This document shows positions 23,733 to 32,000 of a DNA stretch of 32,000 bases, one piece after another (positions within the stretch are counted from its first letter, which is position 1; the number at the start of each line of letters is the position of its first letter). A program made the position numbers and the translations under genes. The notes under the pieces are model-generated. The model did no database searches. It was given only the letters and a program-made list of their open reading frames with translations, and had not been told where the DNA came from. Source of the DNA: Okeania sp. (GTDB lineage Bacteria > Cyanobacteriota > Cyanobacteriia > Cyanobacteriales > Microcoleaceae); NCBI RefSeq assembly GCF_035285525.1, contig NZ_JAYKGW010000209.1:1-32000 (forward strand), read 5' to 3'.

Positions 23733-24906
23733 TGTTTATGTCTAAAACTAATTTTAAAAAAGGTAGTATGTGTCAAGGTAAGTGTTAGAAATTAAAGAAA
23801 AATACTAATTTTTCAAGTAATTGTCAAAACAAGATTATAACAGCTTTCAGGTTAATTATATACACAATAAAAAAAATTGGCTTATAACTTCATTAATAAT
23901 CTTTGTTATTGCAATAAAATATCAGCCCAAACTCTATACCAATCCTATTTTATTTGTCTATAAAAATCTTACCGCTTTTAGGGAATAGGGAACAGAGAAC
24001 AGATAAGATTTTCAGTTTTTTATCTAACTTTTGATTTGTCACAACCTATTTAGGATTGCTATGCTATATTTGTTTCTGGTAAATTTGGTTCTCTTTGTCT
24101 TGTCGATTATTTGAACATCGCTCTTAATTTGATGATTAATAAACTAGCATAATTTGCCAGTTTCTTAATCAATCAATTTCAATTAAATGAGTCCGACTAT
24201 TGAATATTAACCCTCGTTTTTGTTTATATTTTTATTTACCTAAACCAGATTAATAGTGAATAATAAAAATGTCAGCATTCAGCTATTAGCAACTGTCAGC
24301 TAACGTCCTGCGAAGGAACTGTCTTAACAACAATAATACGGGTGCATATCATAGAGCGCCAAAATACTTTTTTCCTATTCCTGACTCCCTATTCCTTGTT
24401 CCCTGTTCCCAGTTAAGTGTTCCTTAAAAGCGACAAGTTTTTGGCTTTATTCATGCATTGAGATGCACCCAATAATAATCTATGTTTAAGGATAGATTTT
24501 AAGTGAATGTAGACTTTAGAGATTACTTTTATAGTAAAATTTTTCGTTTCTCAATTAAATATTGCTTTGATCACTCACTAAAAATAATAGCTGGTAGCTC
24601 ATGGCTGACGTCTAAATGCTTACATAAAAACTATAGAAATCTCCGCTTATATTATAACAATTAAAAAAAAATTAGAAACCAACTCCGAAACTATTACTTA
24701 TTACCATTACCTCCAAACCTCACATATAAAATATTAGCAAGATTTTTGACACCAATAAAATAAAATTACTATATCCCTAATTATCAATTATCAATTATTC
24801 ATTATCCATTAATAAATTATTTTCTATTCAAAAAAACACACATTAACCTGAAATATGCTGTAATATTTAATGGTACTCAAAAAAAATATAATAGGAAAAT
24901 TTAATT

Positions 24907-25080
24907 ATGGTACAAGGAGATTTATGGATTCCCATAGCAGTTGTAGTAGTAGGCTTTGTCGCTGCTGTAGCTATTGGTTCAATTGCTTGGTATAACTCTA
25001 AGCGTCCTCCTGGCTGGGAAGGTACCGAACGTCCTGACTATGTTCCTCAAATCGATCGAGATGAAAATGAAAATAGCTAG
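24907..25080 (+). CDS. Small (57 aa) single-pass membrane protein, below the ORF-track length cutoff
   Basis: Reads ATG..TAG as MVQGDLWIPIAVVVVGFVAAVAIGSIAWYNSKRPPGWEGTERPDYVPQIDRDENENS. It has one clean TM helix followed by a charged tail, with a purine-rich TAGGAAAA 9 nt upstream of the ATG. The WYNSKRPxGWE tail looks familiar from small conserved cyanobacterial proteins, but I cannot name the family with confidence. Confidence 0.5.
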   Translation: MVQGDLWIPIAVVVVGFVAAVAIGSIAWYNSKRPPGWEGTERPDYVPQIDRDENENS

Positions 25081-25170
25081 TCTTAAATAATGGATAATTG
25101 ATAATGAAAGAGTTTTTTGCATATCTAATTTTCTATCTAACTTTCTAATGGATTGACACATCTAAATTTT

Positions 25171-25255
25171 ATGCATTAGGGCGGGTTTGTATAAATCTTA
25201 GAGTAAGTATAAAAGTTTCTGCTAAAACCCGCCCCTACCCCATGCACTATTTTAG
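25171..25255 (-). repeat. Third copy (reverse orientation) of the GGGGCGGGTTT...AAACCCGCCC dispersed element
   Basis: The reverse complement reads CTAAAATAGTGCATGGGGTAGGGGCGGGTTTTAGCA...AAACCCGCCCTAATGCAT, matching 8150-8235. Confidence 0.85.
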
Positions 25256-25524
25256 CTGTGTCAGTCTATTACTAATCCTCTAATTATCAATTATCCATTA
25301 AATTCAAGTATGGTTTTAACCAAAGGTAATTATCCATTTCTATTCTCAATTAATGAATGCTATTTGTAGTTCAATCAACTAAAATTTAGGGGCATTGCAT
25401 CAACGTCCCTACTAAAAAAAATATTCAAGCATTTAGCTGTCAGCTATTAGCTATAAGTTATTAAATAATTATCAGACTTAAAGGATAAATTAGTCTCCCA
25501 GGATAATTAAAACTTAAGAATAGT

Positions 25525-25561
25525 AAAGGTAACAACTTAACTTTAATAAGTTATTACCTTT
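25525..25561 (-). terminator. Possible terminator hairpin downstream of the DUF2993-like gene
   Basis: AAAGGTAACAACTTA / TAAGTTATTACCTTT form 15-bp arms (14/15 paired) with a 7-nt loop, 50 nt past the stop. The trailing U-tract on the minus strand is weak (ACTATTCTTAAGTTTT). Confidence 0.35.
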
Positions 25562-25611
25562 AAAAGCTAAATGCTTTCCAAAATATATTCTTACATCAAT
25601 TTAATTTTATC

Positions 25612-26373
25612 CTATTTCTTTTTAATTCCACTGGGGAATTGATCGATCTTAGCGATACCGTAAAATGTGATGTTATCTTTTCCAACTCGAAGCCGATCTA
25701 CTCGGAGTTGAGTATTTTCTAGTGCAAATTTATCTAAGTCTAGTAAATTATTAACATGATCTATTAGAGATTTACTTAAGTCTACTGATTCTTGATTACC
25801 ATTATATTTGACATTAACAAATTTGATTTTACGTCGTTCCTCCACTTCTATCTCAGAAGTAAAATCAAGGTCTACAAGTCTATCGGAATCTCCTACTTTA
25901 ACCTGAGTTTTTAGTTTTAAACCCCTATCTTCAGTAATAGTCATTTCGGTATTTTGGAAATGTAGGGGTTGTCCTTGATACTTGAGCCTTTGGAGTTTCT
26001 CTACCACAAATGGGGTATTGAAAGAAGTGGACAAATCTGACTCAGTTAATACAGTCCTCATTGTGGCCTGGATCGGCTGCTTGAGTTTTACTTTACCTGT
26101 AAAAATTGCACTGAAGTCTATTGATATAGCTTGCAAGTAAAGCTCCATGACTTCGATCCGAAGGCCATTATACATCTGCATTCCTTTGCCTATGAAGTCA
26201 AACCCATCCAAGCTACCCTGTAAGAGTTTGGCCACTGGCTCGGCGCGGACATTGGCTTCGACTTTATCGGAGCTTTTAAACAAAGCTGCTATTGCTGCTC
26301 CTGCTACTTTGCTCACTAGGCGATCGCCACTTTGATTTTGCATTGGTCTAGTGGTAAACAATGCCGTCACCAT
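25612..26373 (-). CDS. DUF2993 / LmeA-like (putative lipid-binding) protein
   Basis: The 253-aa ORF has the pattern I associate with cyanobacterial DUF2993 proteins (SGDRLVSKVAGAAIAALF... V.A.P...LLQG.LD...I.G.......LRI..L.L....I.ID). The assignment is from memory only. Confidence 0.55.
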   Translation of the reverse strand: MVTALFTTRPMQNQSGDRLVSKVAGAAIAALFKSSDKVEANVRAEPVAKLLQGSLDGFDFIGKGMQMYNGLRIEVMELYLQAISIDFSAIFTGKVKLKQPIQATMRTVLTESDLSTSFNTPFVVEKLQRLKYQGQPLHFQNTEMTITEDRGLKLKTQVKVGDSDRLVDLDFTSEIEVEERRKIKFVNVKYNGNQESVDLSKSLIDHVNNLLDLDKFALENTQLRVDRLRVGKDNITFYGIAKIDQFPSGIKKK

Positions 26374-26836
26374 AATTTTTCAATATGTACCTTCTTTCAC
26401 ATTATAACTATTTTGTGAAGATTTGTAAAATTTACTTGTACTTATGTAAATAATTAAGTTTCATTAGATTTAAGTCAAAAGTCCAAATTCAAAAGTCAAG
26501 AGTAATTTAGGAAGTCCAAATTCAAAAGTAGGACAAGAAAATTAGATTTTATATTTTATATTTTTAAATTTACTTAGGGCTGGCTGGTTAAATGTAAAAG
26601 TCTTGACAGGTAGAAGTTTTAGTCTTTTTAGGTACTAATAAAGTACCAGCTTTTAGATGATTCAGGTACGGTTCCCGAAAAATCAGGCATTTTAGCATTT
26701 TGATCAAGACAAGGGAAAAAATCAAGGGACGATTCTTTTGAACTACCTCTTTTATAATTTCTATTCCTCCTGGATTGCAGGATTGCTGGATTCTGGCTCC
26801 TGTCCTTATCACTAATTTTCCATAAGCAAACCCTAC

Positions 26837-27439
26837 TTAACCAAGAGGTGTGCCTTGGACACAAGCATCAGTCAATAAAGTTCCAGTTAAGTCAGCTTGT
26901 TCGAGTAAAGCACAGAGTAAATTTGCTCTTTGTAAATTTGTGCCTCGGAGTATTGCCCCACTTAAATTAGCTTCTTCTAAATCTGCCTGAGACAAATCTG
27001 CGCCGGAAAGATTAGCACTACTAAACTCTGCCTGAAACAAATTAGCTCGAATCAAATTTACTCCTCGTAAGTCAGCTCCACGAAAATCAAGGCCACTGAG
27101 GTCTAAGTCATTAAAAATAGCTCCGTTTAAGAAAGCTCCGGCAAAACTAGCTTCCTTGAGTTGAGCATCAATAAAAATAGTACCCCGTAGATCTGCATTA
27201 CGAAAGTCTGCCCCTCTTAAGTCGGCACCAGTAAAGTCTACACCTCGAAGGTTAGCTCTCAGTGTAGCTTTTTGTAGATTCGCACCAGCAAAATTAACTC
27301 CAACTAAGTGAGCTTGATAAAAATCTGTTTCTGGAAGTTCAATTCCTGCTAAATCTGCACCAGGAAGGTGAGAATTTGCCAAGACTTTAATTGTACCTGC
27401 TCTAATTGCGTTCAGGTCAGGATATTTTAATTCATTCAT
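26837..27439 (-). CDS. Pentapeptide-repeat protein
   Basis: About 30 consecutive A(D/N)LxG-type pentapeptides (ANLQKATLRANLRGVDFTGADLRGADFRNADLRG...). Confidence 0.93.
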   Translation of the reverse strand: MNELKYPDLNAIRAGTIKVLANSHLPGADLAGIELPETDFYQAHLVGVNFAGANLQKATLRANLRGVDFTGADLRGADFRNADLRGTIFIDAQLKEASFAGAFLNGAIFNDLDLSGLDFRGADLRGVNLIRANLFQAEFSSANLSGADLSQADLEEANLSGAILRGTNLQRANLLCALLEQADLTGTLLTDACVQGTPLG

Positions 27440-27773
27440 CTTGAATCAATTGGATTATTATGTTTCTGGTTTTGGACTTTAGTTAATATCCTCAACCAGC
27501 TATTAGAGTATTTTAAACTTGACGTGCCACTTTAACGAAGTCAGAAGTGTGGGAAGTTTGGGAAGGCAAAGACATTAGGAAGAATAATTTTTCTTTAGTT
27601 TTTCTACCTTTGGTCTCCCTAAAATCCTAACTTTTTGGGTAGCTCTGGTAAGGTTCCCGAAAAATCAAAAAGGAGCGTATTTTGAGGAAGAGTTAGGGAA
27701 TAGATACCTTCTGAACGCTATAATTTTCTTCTGACTTTTGAATTTTAAATTTTAAATTTTGACTTATATTTTT

Positions 27774-29186
27774 ATGCCTTATTTAACCACTTATGTTCAG
27801 CCCCCTCTAAAATTAATCTCACCCAACTTCAAACCTCTAGTCAGAAAAGGCACTAAGTTAATCTTACCTTGGTGGTTAAAGTTCCAAACATCTATCTCAG
27901 TAGCTGATATACAAACTGATAACCTAGAAACCCTAGCCCAACTATATCAAAGCTTCCACCAAGGCAAAACCCGTTTTATGATGGCATTCCGTCATCCTAG
28001 CACTGACGATCCATTTTGTATGGGATATATGATTTGGTATTTATTGCCCAAACTAGCTAAAAAGCAAGGAATAACTCTTCCATCTCTTCTTCACTATCAC
28101 TTTATTTTTGACCGAGGTATTCCTTTATGGGCAGGTAACTATGTAGGTAAATGGTATTCTTATTTGGGAGGAAGTTCTATTCTCCGTGGAAAATTAGATC
28201 GTCAGGGACTAAAATCAGCTCGTGAATTATTTGCTAATGCTAGTTTACCAATGATGGCTGCTCCAGAGGGAGGGACAAATGGTCATAATGAGAGAGTTAG
28301 TGCCTTGGAACCTGGTATTGCTCAAATGGGATTTTGGTGTGTTGAGGATATATTAAATGCAAGTCGTTCAGAAGAAGTATTTATTGTGCCAGTGGGTATT
28401 CAATACAAATATTTAGATGAACCTTGGGAAAATCTGGAGAAACTTATAAGTAAATTAGAAAAAGATAGTGGTTTGTCTCTAGAGAATGAGAATATTTCTG
28501 ACCATAGAAAATTAGCGCCTTCTAGACTTTATCAAAGACTTTTGAGATTAGCAGGTCATTTATTAGGAAAAATGGAAGATTTTTATCGAATATTCTATCG
28601 TCGAGAGTTAGTTCCAACTCCAGAAAATTTTTCCTCAGAAATTCCAACAGATGAGGAAGTTAATGAGAATATTAATTCTCGTCTCAATACTCTTTTTAAT
28701 GTTGCTTTAGAAGTAGCAGAAGAATATTTTCATATTCATCCCAAGGGTAATTTTATAGATCGTTGTCGTCGCCTCGAGCAAGCAGGATGGGATCGTATTT
28801 ATAGGGAGGATATTGAAAATTTGGCTACTCTTGCTCCTGTAGATAAAGGTTTGGCAAATAGACTGGCGGAAGAAGCTAGTCTACAGATATGGCACATGAG
28901 ATTAGTGGAAGGTTTAGTAACAGTTAGTGGTAAATATGTCAAGGAAAAGCCAACAGTAGATAGGTTTGCTGAGGTAACTTTATTAATATGGGAGCTGGTT
29001 AATCGGATTAAGGGTGGTAATATCTCAAAACGTCCTATACTAGGGAAACAAAGGGTGCAAATGACTGTGGGAGAACCAATTTCGGTTTCTCAACGGTGGG
29101 AAACTTACCAAACTAAACGTCGAACAGCAATATCAGCTCTAACCCAAGATTTGCAAAATTCCCTTGAGAGTATGATTGAATCTTGA
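27774..29186 (+). CDS. PlsC/GPAT-superfamily acyltransferase (lysophospholipid/glycerol-phosphate acyltransferase-like) with a long helical C-terminal extension
   Basis: HX4D motif in AFRHPSTDDP, motif III-like AAPEGGTNG, and VPVGIQY. The track ORF starts at a TTG (27759). The ATG at 27774 is the more likely start. Confidence 0.72.
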   Translation: MPYLTTYVQPPLKLISPNFKPLVRKGTKLILPWWLKFQTSISVADIQTDNLETLAQLYQSFHQGKTRFMMAFRHPSTDDPFCMGYMIWYLLPKLAKKQGITLPSLLHYHFIFDRGIPLWAGNYVGKWYSYLGGSSILRGKLDRQGLKSARELFANASLPMMAAPEGGTNGHNERVSALEPGIAQMGFWCVEDILNASRSEEVFIVPVGIQYKYLDEPWENLEKLISKLEKDSGLSLENENISDHRKLAPSRLYQRLLRLAGHLLGKMEDFYRIFYRRELVPTPENFSSEIPTDEEVNENINSRLNTLFNVALEVAEEYFHIHPKGNFIDRCRRLEQAGWDRIYREDIENLATLAPVDKGLANRLAEEASLQIWHMRLVEGLVTVSGKYVKEKPTVDRFAEVTLLIWELVNRIKGGNISKRPILGKQRVQMTVGEPISVSQRWETYQTKRRTAISALTQDLQNSLESMIES

Positions 29187-29296
29187 CATATAGTCATTTC
29201 AAATAAGAATGAAACACTTTTTAGGCTAATCCTTTCATAGCAAGAAATAGTTGTCTCAATCTAAACTAAAACGGCTATACTTCTAAATTTTTTTCT

Positions 29297-30118
29297 ATGA
29301 CTAAAAAATCTATTACTAAATCTGCTAATTTTGTTAAAAACAAATTAATGAATCTTGTTACTCAAGAAATGTTAAGTCCCTTAACTTCTGTGACAGGAAT
29401 GGCAAGTGTTTTAAATCAAGAAATCTATGGACCTCTAACAGAAAAACAAAGAGAATATGTAGAAATTATCAATGAAAGAAGTCGATATTTGCGATCGCTA
29501 GTTCAACAAATTATTAGTCTAGCAAAATTAGAGGAGGTTGAGCAAACCTCAGAAGTAAATCCTGTTGATGTAAAAAACCTCTGTCAACAAATAGTGAAAA
29601 ATTTAGAAGTAGAAAGAGATTATCATCAGGTTGAATGTTTTGTATTAGCTGGAGGTAGTGAACACAAAATTGGTTTGTTTGATAAAGAAATTTTAGAACA
29701 AACACTATACAATTTGATTTATAGTATAATTCAATCTTCTGATTCGGGAAGTGAAGTCAAACTTCATTTGTCTGAAAAATCAGAAGAACTTAATGTAGCA
29801 GTGTGGGTTTCTCATCCTCTTCTGGGAGATAGTTTTCCTCATAGTCAACTTTACTCTCAAAAGTTATCTGCAATTAAGAAAAAGAGTAATTCAAGCTTGG
29901 AGCTGAATAAATCACAAATAACATATATTGAGTTGAAAAAAATAATTTTTGAGAAAATTTCTACACTAGGAGAAAATTCTACTGCTAATCACACTCGCGC
30001 TTTATTAGCATTGTTGTTTAGTTGTCAGTTAGCAGAACAACAGGGTGGAACTTTGTGGATTCAAGATTCTGCTGAATCAGGTTATAGATATATTTTAGTT
30101 CTACCATTCTCTAAGTAG
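29297..30118 (+). CDS. Histidine-kinase-like protein with degenerate H-box (His replaced by Gln) and degenerate ATP-binding boxes
   Basis: The DHp-like helix LVTQEMLSPLTSVTGMASVL aligns with the canonical FxxxxSHELRTPLTSI, with Q in place of the phospho-acceptor H. The C-terminus ends with the HATPase-like GGTLWIQDSAESGYRYILVLP, but I cannot see N-box Asn or DxGxG G1-box equivalents. Confidence 0.65.
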   Translation: MTKKSITKSANFVKNKLMNLVTQEMLSPLTSVTGMASVLNQEIYGPLTEKQREYVEIINERSRYLRSLVQQIISLAKLEEVEQTSEVNPVDVKNLCQQIVKNLEVERDYHQVECFVLAGGSEHKIGLFDKEILEQTLYNLIYSIIQSSDSGSEVKLHLSEKSEELNVAVWVSHPLLGDSFPHSQLYSQKLSAIKKKSNSSLELNKSQITYIELKKIIFEKISTLGENSTANHTRALLALLFSCQLAEQQGGTLWIQDSAESGYRYILVLPFSK

Positions 30119-30378
30119 GGTTTTAGGGAGTGTGGTTCGTGTGGGAAGACAAGGGAGACAATCTAATGCACAGTGCGATAACTGTAGGTTGGGTTGAGGG
30201 ACGAAACAAGGGCAATAATCTTTCTCTTCCACTCTTCTACTCCCCTACTCCCTAACCATTTTAAATGAAACATTACAGTAGGGTGCGTTACGAAGTGCGC
30301 TAACGCTAACAGACCAAGGCACTATAATATATATAGAACCTTTGCGTAAGTCCTGAAACAGTTCAGCAGACTGAAACA

Positions 30379-30580
30379 CTTAAAAATCTAGGTTAGGTTT
30401 CACTCCGTTTAACTCAAAAAAACTTACTAATGTTGGGTTTCGTCCCTCAACCCAACCTACGGCTTAAAAATCTAGGTTAGGTTTCACTCCGTTTAACTCA
30501 AAAAAACTTACTAATGTTGGGTTTCGTCCCTCAACCCAACCTACCCCTAATGTTGGGTTTCGTCCCTCAATCCAACCTAC
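30379..30580 (+). repeat. 84-bp tandem repeat (2 copies plus a 36-bp partial), each ending in the TGTTGGGTTTCGTCCCTCAACCCAACCTAC hairpin
   Basis: Units start at 30379 and 30463, with the partial at 30545-30580. An inverted copy of the hairpin core is at 30186-30209. The same core lies inside the CDS at 17092-17119. Confidence 0.92.
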
Positions 30581-30610
30581 GTCTATTATTTATTCTATTA
30601 AATTCAGAAA

Positions 30611-32000
30611 ATGAACTCAGTTTGGCAAAAATTAACACTAACTAATCTATCATTCTATGATTCTGAATGGTTAAACGCTAGCTACCTCTTTGGTTTACTT
30701 AATGGTTCCCTCCATAACTGGCGACGAGGTAGTTGGTTAATGCAATGGGGCGAACCCCTTGGTTTTGTCTTGTTAGCAATTATTTTTAGTCTAGCTCCTT
30801 TTGTAAATACTGCTCTCATTGGTTTCTTATTATTTGCTAGTGCTGGTTTTTGGGTATTGCTCACTGTCTCGAATAACACTCAAGAATATTTAACTCCTAT
30901 TCATTTACTAATATTTATTTACTGGAGTATTGCTACATTAGCAGTGGTTGTCTCTCCAGCAAAAACCGCTGCTTTTAGTGGGTGGGTAAAATTGACGCTT
31001 TATTTATTGTTGTTTGTTTCAGGTTCATTGGTATTGCGATCGCCGAAACTCCGCTCTTGGTTAATCAACATTTATTTATTAGTTTCTCTCATTGTCAGTT
31101 CTTATGGTATTCGACAATGGATAGACAAAGTTGAACCCCTAGCTACCTGGAATGATCCTACCTCCATCGAAGCAGGTGTAACTCGTGTCTATAGTTATTT
31201 AGGAAATCCTAATTTATTAGCTGGATATTTGTTGCCTGCTATTGGTTTGAGTTTTGTGGCAATTTTTGCTTGGCGTAGTAGGGCGCAAAAATCTTTAGCA
31301 GTAACAATATTTTTAGTTGACTTTGCTTGTTTGCGTTATACAGGTAGTCGAGGAAGTTGGATCGGGTTTTTGGCTTTGATGTTTGCTATGTTAATTTTAA
31401 TGTGGTATTGGTGGAACATCTATATGCCTAAATTTTGGCAAACTTGGTCGCTGCCAATAGCTTTAGGAAGTTTGGGAGGGTTGTTGATTTTAGCAATAAT
31501 TTTATTGGAACCATTGCGAAATCGTGTTTTTAGTATTTTTGCAGGTCGGCAAAATAGCAGTAATAATTTTCGGATGAATGTCTGGATGTCTGTGTTTGAT
31601 ATGATTCGCGATCGCCCAATATTAGGTATTGGACCTGGAAATAATGTGTTTAATAAAATTTATCCTCTCTATCAGCGTCCGCGTTATAGTGCTTTGAGTG
31701 CTTATTCTGTACCTTTAGAAATAATTGTGGAAACTGGTTTTATTGGTTTTTCTGTTTTCTTGTGGTTATTGTTAGTGACTGTTAATCAAGGTATGTTGCA
31801 GTTAAGACGTTTCCGAGATGTTGGTGACAATCAAGGATATTGGTTAATTGGGGCGATCGCTGCTATGGTAGGATTAATGGCTCATGGTTTCGTAGATACA
31901 GTTTGGTATCGTCCCCAAATTAATACTCTTTGGTGGTTGATGGTGGCTATTGTTGCTAGTTATTATAACAGGGAACCTATGAGAGATTCTCTAAAAAGTT
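30611..32000 (+). CDS. ictB: IctB-family membrane protein (O-antigen-ligase/Wzy_C-like; 'putative bicarbonate transporter'), 3' end beyond the window
   Basis: The open frame runs from ATG 30611 to the window end (463 codons) and is absent from the ORF track because no stop falls in the window. It closely parallels Synechococcus PCC 7942 IctB as I recall it: TPIH.L...YW, RVYSYLGNPNLLAGYL, GSRGSW.GF, SSNNFRMNVW, RP.LGIGPGN..FN..YPLYQ, SAYSVPLE, DTVWYRPQ..TLWWL. Confidence 0.82.
   Translation, partial: MNSVWQKLTLTNLSFYDSEWLNASYLFGLLNGSLHNWRRGSWLMQWGEPLGFVLLAIIFSLAPFVNTALIGFLLFASAGFWVLLTVSNNTQEYLTPIHLLIFIYWSIATLAVVVSPAKTAAFSGWVKLTLYLLLFVSGSLVLRSPKLRSWLINIYLLVSLIVSSYGIRQWIDKVEPLATWNDPTSIEAGVTRVYSYLGNPNLLAGYLLPAIGLSFVAIFAWRSRAQKSLAVTIFLVDFACLRYTGSRGSWIGFLALMFAMLILMWYWWNIYMPKFWQTWSLPIALGSLGGLLILAIILLEPLRNRVFSIFAGRQNSSNNFRMNVWMSVFDMIRDRPILGIGPGNNVFNKIYPLYQRPRYSALSAYSVPLEIIVETGFIGFSVFLWLLLVTVNQGMLQLRRFRDVGDNQGYWLIGAIAAMVGLMAHGFVDTVWYRPQINTLWWLMVAIVASYYNREPMRDSLKS

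Noticed and set aside
26147-26335. 62-aa plus-strand ORF
   Set aside because: It is antisense to the DUF2993-like CDS.
26588-26864. Two overlapping minus-strand ORFs (74 and 78 aa) downstream of the pentapeptide gene
   Set aside because: They occupy two overlapping frames of the same strand over the same spacer, with no motifs or RBS, and one reads into the pentapeptide gene stop region. They are most likely non-coding.
27759-27773. TTG start proposed by the ORF track for the acyltransferase
   Set aside because: An ATG five codons downstream (27774) is a more conventional start. The upstream extension (MTYIF) lies in an A/T repeat tract.
29514-29705. 63-aa minus-strand ORF
   Set aside because: It is antisense to the kinase-like CDS.
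30682-30879. 65-aa minus-strand ORF
   Set aside because: It is antisense to the ictB frame, which is open from 30611 to the window end.

Overview
This looks like chromosomal DNA from a low-GC, filamentous (Nostocales-type) cyanobacterium. The evidence is well over a dozen HIP1 octamers (GCGATCGC), heptamer STRR-type tandem repeats, and many small hairpin or MITE-like dispersed repeats in nearly every spacer. Most of the window is ordinary housekeeping or membrane-transport coding sequence: trpE, a PaO/Tic55-type Rieske oxygenase, an EamA transporter, a glycerophosphodiester phosphodiesterase, an SLH-domain envelope protein, an MscS channel with a cNMP-binding domain, a CPA2 cation/proton antiporter with USP-like tail, a CbbR/CmpR-type LysR regulator divergent from a BicA-type SulP bicarbonate transporter, a cytochrome P450, a DUF2993-like protein, a pentapeptide-repeat protein, a PlsC-type acyltransferase, a histidine-kinase-like protein lacking the phospho-acceptor His, and a partial ictB. 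I recognised no rRNA, tRNA, CRISPR array, or defence or toxin gene set. Four things deserve a second look. (1) A 1077-aa fusion joins a PlsY-like membrane domain to an ATP-grasp plus C-terminal swivel-His phosphotransferase. Its domain order resembles rifampicin phosphotransferase, and its reading frame has absorbed two dispersed-repeat insertions. (2) Directly upstream is a ~2.5 kb scrambled accessory patch (19.8-22.3 kb) bracketed by two direct copies of a palindromic MITE. It holds a decayed duplicate of the fusion gene 5' end, an orphan excisionase-type HTH ORF whose start abuts the same palindrome, and a frameshifted IS with intact terminal inverted repeats. (3) A ~124-bp unit repeated 2.5 times, each copy carrying the same hairpins, fills the regulator/bicA intergenic region right up to the bicA start. 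(4) A 1.17 kb ORF-poor gap lies next to the P450 gene. All functional calls rest on motif recognition by eye. No searches were run.
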